Shown here: one piece after another, positions 18,806 to 29,895 of the stretch
Position numbering within the stretch: position 1 is the stretch's first letter
How the letters are laid out: every line of letters begins with the position of its first letter
IMG/VR virus record: IMGVR_UViG_3300033150_001569
Coordinates: 1 to 64,000 of that record
DNA: 64,000 bases
From: a virus
Direction: 5' to 3' (one strand)
Translations under genes and position numbers: made by a program
Notes under the pieces: model-generated
The model's input: only the letters and a program-made list of their open reading frames with translations
What the model was told of the DNA's origin: nothing
Databases searched by the model: none

Positions 18806-19833
18806 TAAAAAAATAGAAATAATAGTAAAAGGAGATATTGGTTCTGGCAAAACTACTATATCTTGTTTATTAGAACATTATTTAAAATTATATGGTTATA
18901 ATATTGAATTTAAAACTTATTCAAAAGTTGGATATTTAGTATCAACTTTACAAAATGTATTATCATTAGTAAAATATTCAGGACAAAATAGAAAAGTTAT
19001 AATATATGATGGAGAAATGAATGACCAAAAATAATATAAAGGTATATGGTTTTTGTGATATAACTTATTTTCATACAGTTTGGAAATGTCCTAAATGTAA
19101 AAAAGAAAGTGTTTGTGATTGTGGAAATGTTAAAGAAAATGATGTTTTTGAAAATGAATATTGTGAATATTGTGGTTATGAACATAAATAAAAAATATAA
19201 AGTAAAAGTTATATTGGAGGAAATATGACAAAATTAAATAATGAATTTAAACATGAAATTAAAAATTTAGTTCGTAAACATCTTGATATAATTGAACAGA
19301 CAAAGAATAGAACTAATGCTGATATTAAAGAAATATATGAAGAAACTATTGAACAAATTAATCAGACATCATTTTTAATGAATAGAAAAGCAGCATTGAT
19401 AATAATTCCATTTTTAAATACAATTTATGAAGAAATAGAAGATAGATTAAATAATGAAAATTGAAATTTCTAGTGTTGATTTAAAAAATTTAATATCGAA
19501 AAGTTTTGATGAAGCATGGGAAGAAGTATATGCAATAGTTAAAAATTTTCGTTCTCCTAAAGCTAAGAAATTTTTAGAGCTTGTAAGTAACACAATGTAT
19601 CATAATTTAAAAGAATATAAGAAAGGTAATATTGATTTAAAAGATGAAGATATTCCTTTATTTTCATTAGAATCAAAAATAATTGATAAACCAAAATTAG
19701 TATCCAAACCTAAGATTGAAACTTCTAAAAAATCAAGAAAATCTATTAGAAAAAATAAAAAGAAAAAATCTAAAAATTAAATCTTGACATTTAAAAATTT
19801 AAATTTATAATTAAATCTGTTTTTAAATTTTGT

Positions 19834-19897
19834 CTCCAGAATAAATAACCTCATTATCTGCCTGGTAGAAATATCAGGCAGATATATTTCAATGGAG
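19834..19897 (+). promoter_or_regulatory. structured 5' leader overlapping RBS
   Basis: 13-bp stem TATCTGCCTGGTA-GAAA-TATCAGGCAGATA inside CTCCA/TGGAG pairing; TTGACA promoter at 19785. Confidence 0.45.
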
Positions 19898-19902
19898 GAG
19901 TA

Positions 19903-20193
19903 ATGAAAAGTAAAATAGAAGATAATAATCAAGAAAGAATTCAAGAACCTAGTTCTTATTATAATCCTAAATTTGCTGTTGATATAGGATATCAATTAGC
20001 AGGTGTTGATATCGAAGTGATACCAAAATTAAAAAAGAAATATAAAAAACGATTTGATGAAATAGAATTTTATTCTGCTAGTGAAGGAAGTAGACAATTA
20101 GGTAAAAATAGAAGTTGTATATCTATTGCTATTATATCAGATAAAAATATTATATATAATAATAAAAAATATAAACCTGAATATATAATTTAA
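19903..20193 (+). CDS. small protein with NUMOD1-like C-terminus
   Basis: EFYSASEGSRQL..IIYNNKKYKPEYI shared with the HNH family. Confidence 0.5.
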   Translation: MKSKIEDNNQERIQEPSSYYNPKFAVDIGYQLAGVDIEVIPKLKKKYKKRFDEIEFYSASEGSRQLGKNRSCISIAIISDKNIIYNNKKYKPEYII

Positions 20194-20199
20194 ATTATT

Positions 20200-20412
20200 A
20201 TGTCTAAATATATATTAAATGGTGAAAAGGTAAAACTACTAAGACTTAATAAAGGTTATACTAGAGAAGAATTTTGTAGAATATATAATTTTTCATTATC
20301 TACTTTATATAAAATTGAGAATAATAAAGGATCTATTCAAATGAAAATATTAAATAAATTAATAGATATATTTTTAATAGATAGAAATAATATTATAATA
20401 AAGAAAATATAG
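20200..20412 (+). CDS. XRE-family HTH protein
   Basis: KVKLLRLNKGYTREEF...SLSTLYKIENN. Confidence 0.75.
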   Translation: MSKYILNGEKVKLLRLNKGYTREEFCRIYNFSLSTLYKIENNKGSIQMKILNKLIDIFLIDRNNIIIKKI

Positions 20413-20580
20413 AAAATAAATTATTTAAGGTTATGTAATTATTTTTATAAGTTATTGAAATTATTAAGATTTTTAACAAATTTAAATAAAATATTTAAAT
20501 TTGTTATTTTTTTCTTTCTTTTTTTAATTCAGTGTGTTATATTCAATATATAAAGGAGATTGTAATTAGTAGGAGACAAA

Positions 20581-21099
20581 ATGAATAATATTACTATTTC
20601 ATTAGGTTCTAGTAAAAATTCTAAAGAAAGTAAAAAATTCATTGAAGAAATTTTAAAACTTTCTAAAAAGACTAAAACAAAAATTAATTTTAATGTCAAT
20701 AAAAATTCAAATATGAATAAAAATGAAATGAGTGCTACTTTTGAAAAAGATGGTAAAAAAACTCTAATTATGAAAAAAATCAATGGTCTTACTTTAGAAA
20801 ATCTCAAGGAAACAAGACAATTTTTAGGAATAAAACAAAGCTTACTTGCTAATGTAGCAGAATATTGTACTTGTTATATTTCTCGTCTTGAAACAGGTCA
20901 TTATAAACCAGTTAAGGATAAAAAAAATAAATCTCTTAAAAGTAAAAGAATAATTCGTAATGGTAAAAGAAATGCTTTTAGAAAAAATGAAAAAAAAGCT
21001 ATAAAATGTGTTAAAAATATTAAAAGAGCAATGCGTAAAATAGTTAACTCTGATTATTATAAACATAAAAAATCAGAACAAAAATTATTAAACCAATAG
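20581..21099 (+). CDS. basic HTH-containing protein
   Basis: LKETRQFLGIKQSLLA...YISRLETG. Confidence 0.6.
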   Translation: MNNITISLGSSKNSKESKKFIEEILKLSKKTKTKINFNVNKNSNMNKNEMSATFEKDGKKTLIMKKINGLTLENLKETRQFLGIKQSLLANVAEYCTCYISRLETGHYKPVKDKKNKSLKSKRIIRNGKRNAFRKNEKKAIKCVKNIKRAMRKIVNSDYYKHKKSEQKLLNQ

Positions 21100-21531
21100 A
21101 GATATTATGTCTGTTATAAAAACTGAAGATATGATTCAATTAGAACAAGCAATTGATATTTTAAAAGAAGATGAAGAAAAATATAGTAATGATAATTTTA
21201 ATGAGATAGTTGATTTAAAAATGCAATTAAAAGAATTACAACAAGATATGGATAAATTTAATAAAAGTATTGATTGGTTTGATTTAAATATTAAAAAAAT
21301 AAGAAATATTAATAATTTAAATAATTATGAACAACAAGAGTTAAATAATAAAATAATAGAAAAATTGATTTTATTAATTATATTCAATCTAGATATCAAC
21401 CTGATGAATTTTTGGAAGAAAGTTTTGATTTAATTAGTAAAAAATTAAAATTTATTGATAAGAATTTAAAACAATATATAGCATCACCTAAAGATATATT
21501 TGAAGAATTAATAGGTAAATTATTTTCTAAA

Positions 21532-22437
21532 TTAATTTCTAAATAGTGAAAATAAATCTAAATTTAAAGAAAAACATTCATATTTATTTATTATATTTTT
21601 AAGATTATCTAAATTATTTTCAAATTTATAATATTTAAGTTTAACATTATCATTTATTTTAGTTAATTTAATATTCATTTCTAATGTTTTTCTTCCATTA
21701 TAAATTTTTTCTAATGTTTTTTTAGTTAATTTATTTTTAATATTATTTATTTTATTATAAAAATCTTCTACAGTTCCATTACATTCATCTATTAAAGGTA
21801 ATATATTTTTCTTTATAACATTTTTAAATGCAGCTTTAATATTGTCATGGTTATTATCACCAAATAAACTTTTATATAAATAGATTTTATTCCATTGATT
21901 TATTTTAAATTTATTTTTGAGATCATTATGAGATATTATTTTTTTACTAACATGATTATATATTTTAAGATTTAAATGATTATATTGATATACTGTCCAA
22001 ATATCTTTATCAGTTGATAAAATAATTAAATCTTTAGTTGGATATTGTTTTATAAATTTTTTACTAAATGTAACTATCACATCATCTGCTTCTTGTTGTT
22101 CAGATTTAACTACTAGACATTTTAAATTAGTAATAAGACGTTTAATATCAGGTCTAGGATCATATTTAGTTCTATCTCTATCACCTTTATAATTTTGATA
22201 AATGTCATATTTCCACTTTGCATGATCATCTATAGCAAATACTAATGCATAATTATTACCTTTGAGAAAATTAGTTATTGATATTAATTTTTTTAAAACT
22301 CCATAAATATGACCACTACTAAGTCCAGTTGATGTTTTCATTGAATTATAACACTCTGCGTAATAACAAATATAGGCAATATTTGAGAGATCTATTAAAA
22401 GTACTGTATCAGCTTCTTTTATATTAGTTATTTTCAT
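21532..22437 (-). CDS. 5'-3' exonuclease / RNase H (FEN, PolA N-terminal type)
   Basis: reads on the minus strand (CAT at 22435-22437, RBS AAGGA upstream on minus); LLID, YKGDR, EADD, STDKD, GD..DNI motifs; track strand label is wrong. Confidence 0.9.
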   Translation of the reverse strand: MKITNIKEADTVLLIDLSNIAYICYYAECYNSMKTSTGLSSGHIYGVLKKLISITNFLKGNNYALVFAIDDHAKWKYDIYQNYKGDRDRTKYDPRPDIKRLITNLKCLVVKSEQQEADDVIVTFSKKFIKQYPTKDLIILSTDKDIWTVYQYNHLNLKIYNHVSKKIISHNDLKNKFKINQWNKIYLYKSLFGDNNHDNIKAAFKNVIKKNILPLIDECNGTVEDFYNKINNIKNKLTKKTLEKIYNGRKTLEMNIKLTKINDNVKLKYYKFENNLDNLKNIINKYECFSLNLDLFSLFRN

Positions 22438-22478
22438 AATTTTCCTTTTAATTATTTTGTAGTATATTGATTGATATT

Positions 22479-22540
22479 TGTCAAGTTTTAATTAAAAATT
22501 TAAAAAAAGAATTGACATTTTTTAATTTATAGTTTATGTT
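22479..22540. promoter_or_regulatory. divergent sigma70-like promoters
   Basis: TGTCAA (minus -35) at 22479 and TTGACA (plus -35) at 22512. Confidence 0.55.
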
Positions 22541-22566
22541 TATAAATATTATATATAGAGGTAGTT

Positions 22567-23568
22567 ATGAGTAATATATTAACTAATGAACAAAAAATGG
22601 CAAAAGATAATTGTATAGCAAAATTTTTAGTAGGTAGTTTGTTGTATGGAACAAATACTCCAAAATCTGATAAAGATTATGTTGGAATTTTTATAGAAGA
22701 TCCTGAATATGTAATTGGAACAAAAAGAGTTGATGAAGTTGATTTTTCAACTAATAAAACTAATAAAAGAAATAATAATAAAGATATAGATACAAAATTT
22801 TATACTTTAAGAAAATTTATAAGTTTAGCAAAAAATAATAATCCTAATATTTTAGAATTATTTTTTGTTCCTAAACAAAATTTATTAGTAACATCTCCTT
22901 ATTGGAAAATTATAGAAAATAATAAAAAATATTTTATAAGTAGAAAAACAAAACATTCTTTTACTGGATATGCAATGAGTCAGAAGAAAAAACTTTTAAT
23001 TAAAAAAAGAAGATTAGAAACTTTAAGAGAATTTAATGAATTAATAGATAAATCAATTAAAAATGGAGCAACCAAAGTAGGAGAAATAACATTAGATTCT
23101 AGTTCAGAATTTATAAAAATATTAGAAGATCCATTTACTAAAAAAGAAAATAAAATAGGTGGAATTAAAGTTGATGATAAAGAATATAATTGGGGAATGG
23201 ATATTAAAAAAATTAAAAATTATGTTGAGTATGAAATTAATCGTTATGGAGGACGTACTAAATATTTGGATGATTATGGATATGATATCAAATTTGCTAG
23301 TCATCTTTTTCGATTATTATATGAAGGTCTTGAAATATTAAAGGATGGACAAATAACATTACCTAGACCTGAAAGAAAATTTCTTCTTGATATAAGAAAT
23401 GGTAATTATAGTTTGGAAGAATTATTAAGAAAAGTAGATGAATTAGAACCATTATTTGAAATGGTATATCTTAAAACTGAGTTACCAAAATGTCCTGATG
23501 ATAAAGGAATATCAAAATTACAAATGCAGTTATATTTTCAATATTGGAAAGATTATGGAAGATGCTAA
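22567..23568 (+). CDS. pol-beta superfamily nucleotidyltransferase (RlaP-like)
   Basis: GSLLYGTNTPKSDKDYVGIF, NPNILELFF, F.GYA.SQ, YDIKFASHLFRLL. Confidence 0.85.
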   Translation: MSNILTNEQKMAKDNCIAKFLVGSLLYGTNTPKSDKDYVGIFIEDPEYVIGTKRVDEVDFSTNKTNKRNNNKDIDTKFYTLRKFISLAKNNNPNILELFFVPKQNLLVTSPYWKIIENNKKYFISRKTKHSFTGYAMSQKKKLLIKKRRLETLREFNELIDKSIKNGATKVGEITLDSSSEFIKILEDPFTKKENKIGGIKVDDKEYNWGMDIKKIKNYVEYEINRYGGRTKYLDDYGYDIKFASHLFRLLYEGLEILKDGQITLPRPERKFLLDIRNGNYSLEELLRKVDELEPLFEMVYLKTELPKCPDDKGISKLQMQLYFQYWKDYGRC

Positions 23569-24925
23569 AAGAATTCAAAATATATTGATTAATGCTGGAT
23601 TTAATACTTTAGCATGCGGTGGATTTGTACGAGATTATTTATTGAATGTATCATATAAAGATATAGATTTAGCTACAACTGCTAAACCAGAAGAAGTAGA
23701 GAATATATTATTTGATAATAATATTATTACTATTCCTACTGGTTTAAAATATGGTACAATAACTGCTTTATTAAATAATAAAACATATGAAATTACTACG
23801 TTAAGAAAAGATGTTGATTGTGATGGAAGACATGCAAAAATAGAATTTACTAAATCATTTAAAAAAGATGCTAATAGAAGAGATTTTACAATTAATGCAT
23901 TATTTATAGATTTGAATAATAATAAAATATATGATTATGTTAATGGGCAAGATGATTTAAATAATAAAAAATTAAGATTTGTAGGAGATGCTGAAAAAAG
24001 GATTAAAGAAGATTATTTAAGAATATTACGTTTATATAGATTTAAAAGTCAATTAGGATTTGATATTGATAATGATGCTTATATTAAATCTAAGAAATAT
24101 ATTAATTATTTAACTTTTATATCAATTGAAAGAATAAGAAATGAATTATTGAAGTTAATTATAGGAAATTATTTTGATAAAATAGAAACATGGATAATTA
24201 CTTATTTTTTTCCAGAACTTATTCCATCATTAACTTGTTTACAAAATTGTCAATATCATAATCTTAATGTTTTATTTCATACTTTAAAAGGAGTTAATTA
24301 TCTTAAAAAATATAAAGATTCTATATTAAGTTTATCTCATTTATTTCATGATATAGCTAAACCATTATGTAAATCTACAGATGGAGATATATTTGATCAT
24401 TTTTATGAACATGAAATTTATGGAGTTAATGTTGTTAAAAAAATATGTCATAGATTAAAGATATCTAATAAAGATACAAATCGTATAAAATTTTTAGTAA
24501 AAAATCATATGTTATTACATAGTACTAATATAATGAATAAAAGAAGTTTAAGAAAAATATATAATAAATGTTTGGAAAATAATCAAGATATAGAAGATTT
24601 ATTTAAATTATTTTTGGCAGATTTTAAAGGAATGAATAAATATGCTAATGAAAAATTTGAACCTAAAAAAAGAATTAATAAATATAGAGAAATAGTTAAA
24701 GAATTTTCTAAAAAAATAATAAATTCACCTTTATCTGGAAATGAAATAATGCATATTTTAAATATTAAAGAAGGTAAAAAGATAGGAATTGTTAAAAAAT
24801 ATTTAATTAAAGAAGTTATAGATGGAAAATTAAATGAAAATGATAAAGAAAAATCTATTGAATTAATAAAAAGTTTTGATTTTATAAAATTTGAAATAGA
24901 TAATATGGAGGAAATATGTCCATAG
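23555..24925 (+). CDS. cca: class II CCA-adding tRNA nucleotidyltransferase with HD domain
   Basis: GGFVRD.LL, DID, EITTLR, DA.RRDFTINA, EDYLRILR..RF, ERI..E, H...V..HT, HDIAKP. Confidence 0.92.
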   Translation: MEDAKRIQNILINAGFNTLACGGFVRDYLLNVSYKDIDLATTAKPEEVENILFDNNIITIPTGLKYGTITALLNNKTYEITTLRKDVDCDGRHAKIEFTKSFKKDANRRDFTINALFIDLNNNKIYDYVNGQDDLNNKKLRFVGDAEKRIKEDYLRILRLYRFKSQLGFDIDNDAYIKSKKYINYLTFISIERIRNELLKLIIGNYFDKIETWIITYFFPELIPSLTCLQNCQYHNLNVLFHTLKGVNYLKKYKDSILSLSHLFHDIAKPLCKSTDGDIFDHFYEHEIYGVNVVKKICHRLKISNKDTNRIKFLVKNHMLLHSTNIMNKRSLRKIYNKCLENNQDIEDLFKLFLADFKGMNKYANEKFEPKKRINKYREIVKEFSKKIINSPLSGNEIMHILNIKEGKKIGIVKKYLIKEVIDGKLNENDKEKSIELIKSFDFIKFEIDNMEEICP

Positions 24926-25443
24926 TTTTAAATTTTAAAGATTATTTTCAGTTATATCGTAAATATGAAAAAGAAGAAGAAACTAATGAAAAAGCATTTA
25001 TGAAAGTTATTGAAAAATTTTTGGAAGAAACTGCTAGTACAATTGAAAATCAACCTGGTGGAGTTATTAAAAATGATCAATTGATTAATCTTTTACGTAA
25101 TATAAATTTTAAATGGATTGGATTTTGTAAAAAATTAATTTCATATAGATATCCTATTGATCGTGCTGATATTGAAAAACAAACTAATGGAAAGAAAACT
25201 ATTAAATGGGAACCATATAGAAAATATTGGCAGAATAAAATTTATATGGCATATAGAGTTTTAATTCATAAACAATTTCCTGAAATAAAAAAATATTGGA
25301 GATATTAATGACTAAGAAATTTGATTTTGATATAAAGGTAACTCAAGATAAAAAAGATTCAACTAAATTAAATATTAGTTATAAAATTCCTTTTATAATG
25401 TGGTTAAGAATTCAATTAAGAAATTTATTTATGAGATATAAAA

Positions 25444-26061
25444 ATGAGAAATGATACTTCTTGGAAAGATAAAGTAGGAAAAGATACTAGAAAATATAAT
25501 GATAATATAACTAGATTTTTATTAAGATCATTAGTTAATGATAGATATAATAAAAAGAATTATATATGTTTTCCAGAAATGAGATTAGGTACAGGTTTTA
25601 AAAAACAAGGCAGATTTTCTGATGTTGAGAGTAGGATAGATTTATTTATAATTGATCTATTTCCTAGTCATGATTTAGCAACAACTTCGATAGAAATAAA
25701 AAGTGTGAGGGAAGATTTTTTGAAAGAAAAAAGATATCCACTTAAAATTAGACCTTCAAGATTAGTTAGTAATTATTTATATTTTTGTGTTCCAAAAGGT
25801 ATGGGTGTTGTTAAATCAAAAGATGAACTTCCTTATGAAGCTGGATTAATAGAAATAGATACAAAAGGTAAAACAAGTATAATTGTACCTAGTCCTTGGT
25901 ATGATTGTGATAGACCTAATTGGTCATTTGTAGCTTCTATTTGTCGTAGAGTTAATCGTTTAGAAATGGATATAGAACATTTGGATGAAGAATATAATTG
26001 TATGAATTCAGATAAAATAGAAAAATTTTTAAATGAATATAATTTAGGTGAGAAGCAATGA
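25444..26061 (+). CDS. MmcB-like PD-(D/E)xK nuclease
   Basis: E, RIDL, IEIKS.REDF..E, YF.VP, ELP.EAGLI. Confidence 0.65.
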   Translation: MRNDTSWKDKVGKDTRKYNDNITRFLLRSLVNDRYNKKNYICFPEMRLGTGFKKQGRFSDVESRIDLFIIDLFPSHDLATTSIEIKSVREDFLKEKRYPLKIRPSRLVSNYLYFCVPKGMGVVKSKDELPYEAGLIEIDTKGKTSIIVPSPWYDCDRPNWSFVASICRRVNRLEMDIEHLDEEYNCMNSDKIEKFLNEYNLGEKQ

Positions 26062-26756
26062 TTGAAGAAAAATATAAATATAATAAAAATAATATTAGAA
26101 ATGAAAATGGAGAATTATATAAATATGTAACTAATGAAGTATTGGAAGAAATAAAAAATCATAAAGATTATACTTTTAAAAATAATAAATGGAAATATAT
26201 AGGTAATTTAAATTATACTAATAAAAAATATAAAATGCATTTATTAGCTTGTAAAGCATATGCTTCATGGGCTTCTCAGGGTGATAGATGTAATAATAAA
26301 AATAGAATAAGTTATAAATGGTATAAAAAATCATTTAGATTATGGGATAGTAGAACTTTTATCAACTGGTGGATTAATGAATTTTTTAAAAGAGAAAAAT
26401 GGATATGTCCTGTAGTAAGTAGATTTGAGGATAAGGGAAATTATGAATTAGGAAATTGTTGTTTAGAAGAAAAAAGTGAAAATGCTAAAAAAGTAAAAAT
26501 GACAAAAGGAAGATTAAAAGGATTAAAAATAGGTGCTAAAAATAATGCTAAAAAAGTTCGTTTGATAAATATTAAAGATCATAATGATATATTAGAATTT
26601 TATTCTGCTGCTGAAGCAGGTAGAAGTTTAAAGGGAAATAGACATATTGTTAAAAATGCAATTTTACAACAAATTAATATTATTTACAATAACAAAAAAT
26701 ACAAACCAAAATATATTAATAATAAAGTTAAAAATAATAAAGATAAGAAAGAATAA
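26058..26756 (+). CDS. HNH-like homing endonuclease family member
   Basis: paralog of 12672/32036; SRFEDKGNYELGNC; EFYSAAEAGRSL. Confidence 0.6.
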   Translation: MIEEKYKYNKNNIRNENGELYKYVTNEVLEEIKNHKDYTFKNNKWKYIGNLNYTNKKYKMHLLACKAYASWASQGDRCNNKNRISYKWYKKSFRLWDSRTFINWWINEFFKREKWICPVVSRFEDKGNYELGNCCLEEKSENAKKVKMTKGRLKGLKIGAKNNAKKVRLINIKDHNDILEFYSAAEAGRSLKGNRHIVKNAILQQINIIYNNKKYKPKYINNKVKNNKDKKE

Positions 26757-27376
26757 TGATAGATAAAAATAACATAATATTTTTTATAGATTCAGATCAT
26801 ATAATAACATTTTTTGAAAAATCTTTCTACAAATTTATTAATAAAAGATTAAGAACTAATTTTACATTAGAAGATTTTCAGACAAAACCTGTTTATTATT
26901 TATGGGAATATCCTGAAAAATTTCATTTAACATATGAAGAAGATCGTGATTTATTTCATCAATGGTGTGAAGAAGGTGGATTTAAAAATTTAGAATTTTA
27001 TCCAAATGGTGAATATGTAAATAAATTATATGAAATAGGAATAGTAAATATTATAACTACATTACCAGATAAATTTAAAAATGATAGATTAGAAAATTAT
27101 AAGAAGTTAGGAGTTAAATATCATAATTTTTATTCTACTTATAAAAAATATAAAGTAATTAACGAATATATTTATAAATTAAAAAAAGAAAATAAACTTC
27201 CTGATTATATTTATTTTGTAGAAGATAAACTTTCTAATTTTGATAAAGTAGATATGAGATATGTTGAACCAGTTATTATTAATGCAGGACATAATGCTTT
27301 AAGTGAATGTGATTTAAGATTTGATGATTTAAAAGAATTTTATAATTATATAATTAATAAATTTGGTAAAATATAA
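26756..27376 (+). CDS. HAD 5'(3')-deoxyribonucleotidase-like
   Basis: FIDSDHII, IITT, K, FVEDK..N, GHN. Confidence 0.65.
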   Translation: MIDKNNIIFFIDSDHIITFFEKSFYKFINKRLRTNFTLEDFQTKPVYYLWEYPEKFHLTYEEDRDLFHQWCEEGGFKNLEFYPNGEYVNKLYEIGIVNIITTLPDKFKNDRLENYKKLGVKYHNFYSTYKKYKVINEYIYKLKKENKLPDYIYFVEDKLSNFDKVDMRYVEPVIINAGHNALSECDLRFDDLKEFYNYIINKFGKI

Positions 27377-28226
27377 ATAAAAAATAATAATTATGACAGT
27401 TGATAGAAAATTTAGATTTAAAGATATTAAAGAGTATCAATATCCAATTGAGAAAGTAAAAAAAGAAAATAAAAAAGAATATAAAAATTATCATGGACTT
27501 GGTTATATTAAAATTAATGGACAAAAAAGTGGTAAAATAAATGAATTTAAAAAAGTATTAGAAAATGAAGAAATTAAATTTCCTAATAAAGATGAAATAT
27601 CAAGAGAAATACAAAATCAAATTATAGCTAGATATCAGGAAGATTTAAGAAATATATGAAAGAGGTTATTATACTAAAAAAAATTGAATATATATTTAAT
27701 GAAAAACAATTATATAGATATGGATTAACAGATTTTATTATTAATAATGAAAAAGAAGAATTAATAAGAAATGTACAAAATATATTTCCAATACCAGATA
27801 TGCAAAGAATAATTGATATTCAAATAGAACAAAATAGAGAAAATGTAGTTACAGAACAAGATTTAGAAATGGTAGCAAGTAATATAAAAAATTTAATAGA
27901 ATTTAAATTTATAATTTATTATATATAAGGGGAAAATATGAATTTGAATTGGAATGAAATTCATTATTGGAAAATTAAACCAATAAAATTTGAAGAATTT
28001 ATAATTGAAGCAAAAATTAAAATAGAAAATGGAGAAATGCATTGGATAGTATTAGCAACAATTGATAATGAATATAATGATATAAATAATATAAATTATA
28101 TACCAGGAATGATTTATGATACTAAAATTAAAAAAGATGTAACTAATATATTTAATGCAAAAAATGAAATAGAAGAAGAAATTGAATATTTTAAAAATAA
28201 TAAAAAATTTAAATAGGAGATTAAAA

Positions 28227-28691
28227 ATGGAAAAAAGAATTGTAAAAAATCCTTCAATAGTTTCTAAAACATGGGGTAAAGAAATTCATATAATAAACAA
28301 TATTAATAATAATTATTGTGGAAAAATTTTAGTTTTAGAAAGAGATAAATATTGTTCTTTACATTGTCATATTTATAAACATGAATATTTTTATATTGAT
28401 AAAGGTAAAGTTAAACTTCAATTAGTTGAAGGATATATTTATGAAGATTTTGATACTAAAGAAAAGAATATTGGATTACTTGATACTAATAAAATTGAAG
28501 AAATTATTCTTGAAGAAGGAAATGGATTTGTAGTAGATCGAGGATTATATCATCGTTTTATTGGTTTAGAAAATAGTGAAATTATTGAAATTAGTACATT
28601 TGATAGATCAGATGATAATTTTCGCATTAATCCTAGTTATCCTGATGGTGAATTGGATTTGAAAAAATTGGATTTGATAATTAAGAATTAA
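28227..28691 (+). CDS. cupin (sugar isomerase-like)
   Basis: KTWGKE, YCGKIL, SLHCH..KHEYF, YHRF, EIST...DNFR; RBS AGGAG. Confidence 0.75.
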   Translation: MEKRIVKNPSIVSKTWGKEIHIINNINNNYCGKILVLERDKYCSLHCHIYKHEYFYIDKGKVKLQLVEGYIYEDFDTKEKNIGLLDTNKIEEIILEEGNGFVVDRGLYHRFIGLENSEIIEISTFDRSDDNFRINPSYPDGELDLKKLDLIIKN

Positions 28692-28722
28692 AAGTTAATA
28701 TGAATAAATAAAAATATTATTT

Positions 28723-29175
28723 ATGAACATTAAAATTAAAAAATATATCAAACCAATTGTAAATATAAATGATTATAAAATACCTATTATTTTATCACCA
28801 TTTACTTATGCTTTTATTGGTTCATTTTCTAAAGGTAAAATGTTTGAACCAATTGTTATTGATAGTTATGATAATTTAATTAAATATTTCGGTGATAAGG
28901 AAACAAGTACATTTAAAACAGCTAAATTATATTTAAGAACATATTCAGATTATTCTAGTGTTAATAATTCATTAATTGTTTTAATGAGGATACCTAAAAA
29001 ATGTGATATTGATGATTATTGTAAAGCTTATTCTAAAGTTGTAGAAATGACAAATATTAAAATTGATGAATTGGGATTTCCAGATTTAAAATTAAATCAA
29101 TATAAAATAATACAAGGAATAAGAGATTTTGTTTATGAAAATTATTATAAAAATGATATTAGATTAATTTTATAA
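28723..29175 (+). CDS. stand-alone tail-sheath N-terminal-like protein
   Basis: AFIGSFSKGKMFEPIVIDSYDNLIKYFG...AKLYL resembles sheath GIVGAFQKGPTDKPGFVTSWEAFKRGYG...VKAYF at 62665. Confidence 0.55.
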   Translation: MNIKIKKYIKPIVNINDYKIPIILSPFTYAFIGSFSKGKMFEPIVIDSYDNLIKYFGDKETSTFKTAKLYLRTYSDYSSVNNSLIVLMRIPKKCDIDDYCKAYSKVVEMTNIKIDELGFPDLKLNQYKIIQGIRDFVYENYYKNDIRLIL

Positions 29176-29195
29176 TAATTAAATAGGTAATTAAT

Positions 29196-29885
29196 ATGGA
29201 TAAAGAAAAATATAAATATAAAATAGATACTCATGTACATTCTAAAAGTAGTGATGGTGATTTAGATATTTTTGAGCTATTAGATTTAGCTGAAAAAAGA
29301 GGAATGTGTGCATTGGTACTTACTGATCATTTTCGTATTGATACTCCTTCATATTTTCATAATAAAGGAGTATTATATCATTTTCGTAATAAATTAAAGA
29401 ATAGAATTAATATATTTGTTGGAGCAGAAATTGATTCTCCTTTTTATCATCTCAATATATTTGGAGATAGAGCGATTGTTCAATATTATAAAAATATTAA
29501 TAAATTAAATTATTTTCATAAAAAACAAATGATTAATGAATGGATTGATTTATTTATTAAAACTGTTAAAAGAGAAGAAAAAAGTAATGCTAAAATAGAA
29601 TCAGTAGTAATAGTTAATCATCCAGATGCTTATTATTTTGAAAAATATAATAAGAAAGTATATAGAAGATTTTTAAGTATTATTAAACATGTAGAATTTT
29701 CTTATGATTTTAATGCAATTAATTCAGAATTTCATTATTTTGATGGTAAGAAAATAATTTCTACATCAGATGCCCATTATAATGAAGTTGGTAAAAGACA
29801 TATTTTACTAGAACAAAAACCAAAGACTATAGAAGAATTGATGCATTTATTAAAAGGAAATAAATTTTATAATCCGTTTATATAA
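29196..29885 (+). CDS. PHP-family phosphoesterase
   Basis: DTHVHS..SDG, LTDH, GAEI, NHP, SDAH. Confidence 0.85.
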   Translation: MDKEKYKYKIDTHVHSKSSDGDLDIFELLDLAEKRGMCALVLTDHFRIDTPSYFHNKGVLYHFRNKLKNRINIFVGAEIDSPFYHLNIFGDRAIVQYYKNINKLNYFHKKQMINEWIDLFIKTVKREEKSNAKIESVVIVNHPDAYYFEKYNKKVYRRFLSIIKHVEFSYDFNAINSEFHYFDGKKIISTSDAHYNEVGKRHILLEQKPKTIEELMHLLKGNKFYNPFI

Positions 29886-29895
29886 AGGAGTAATT

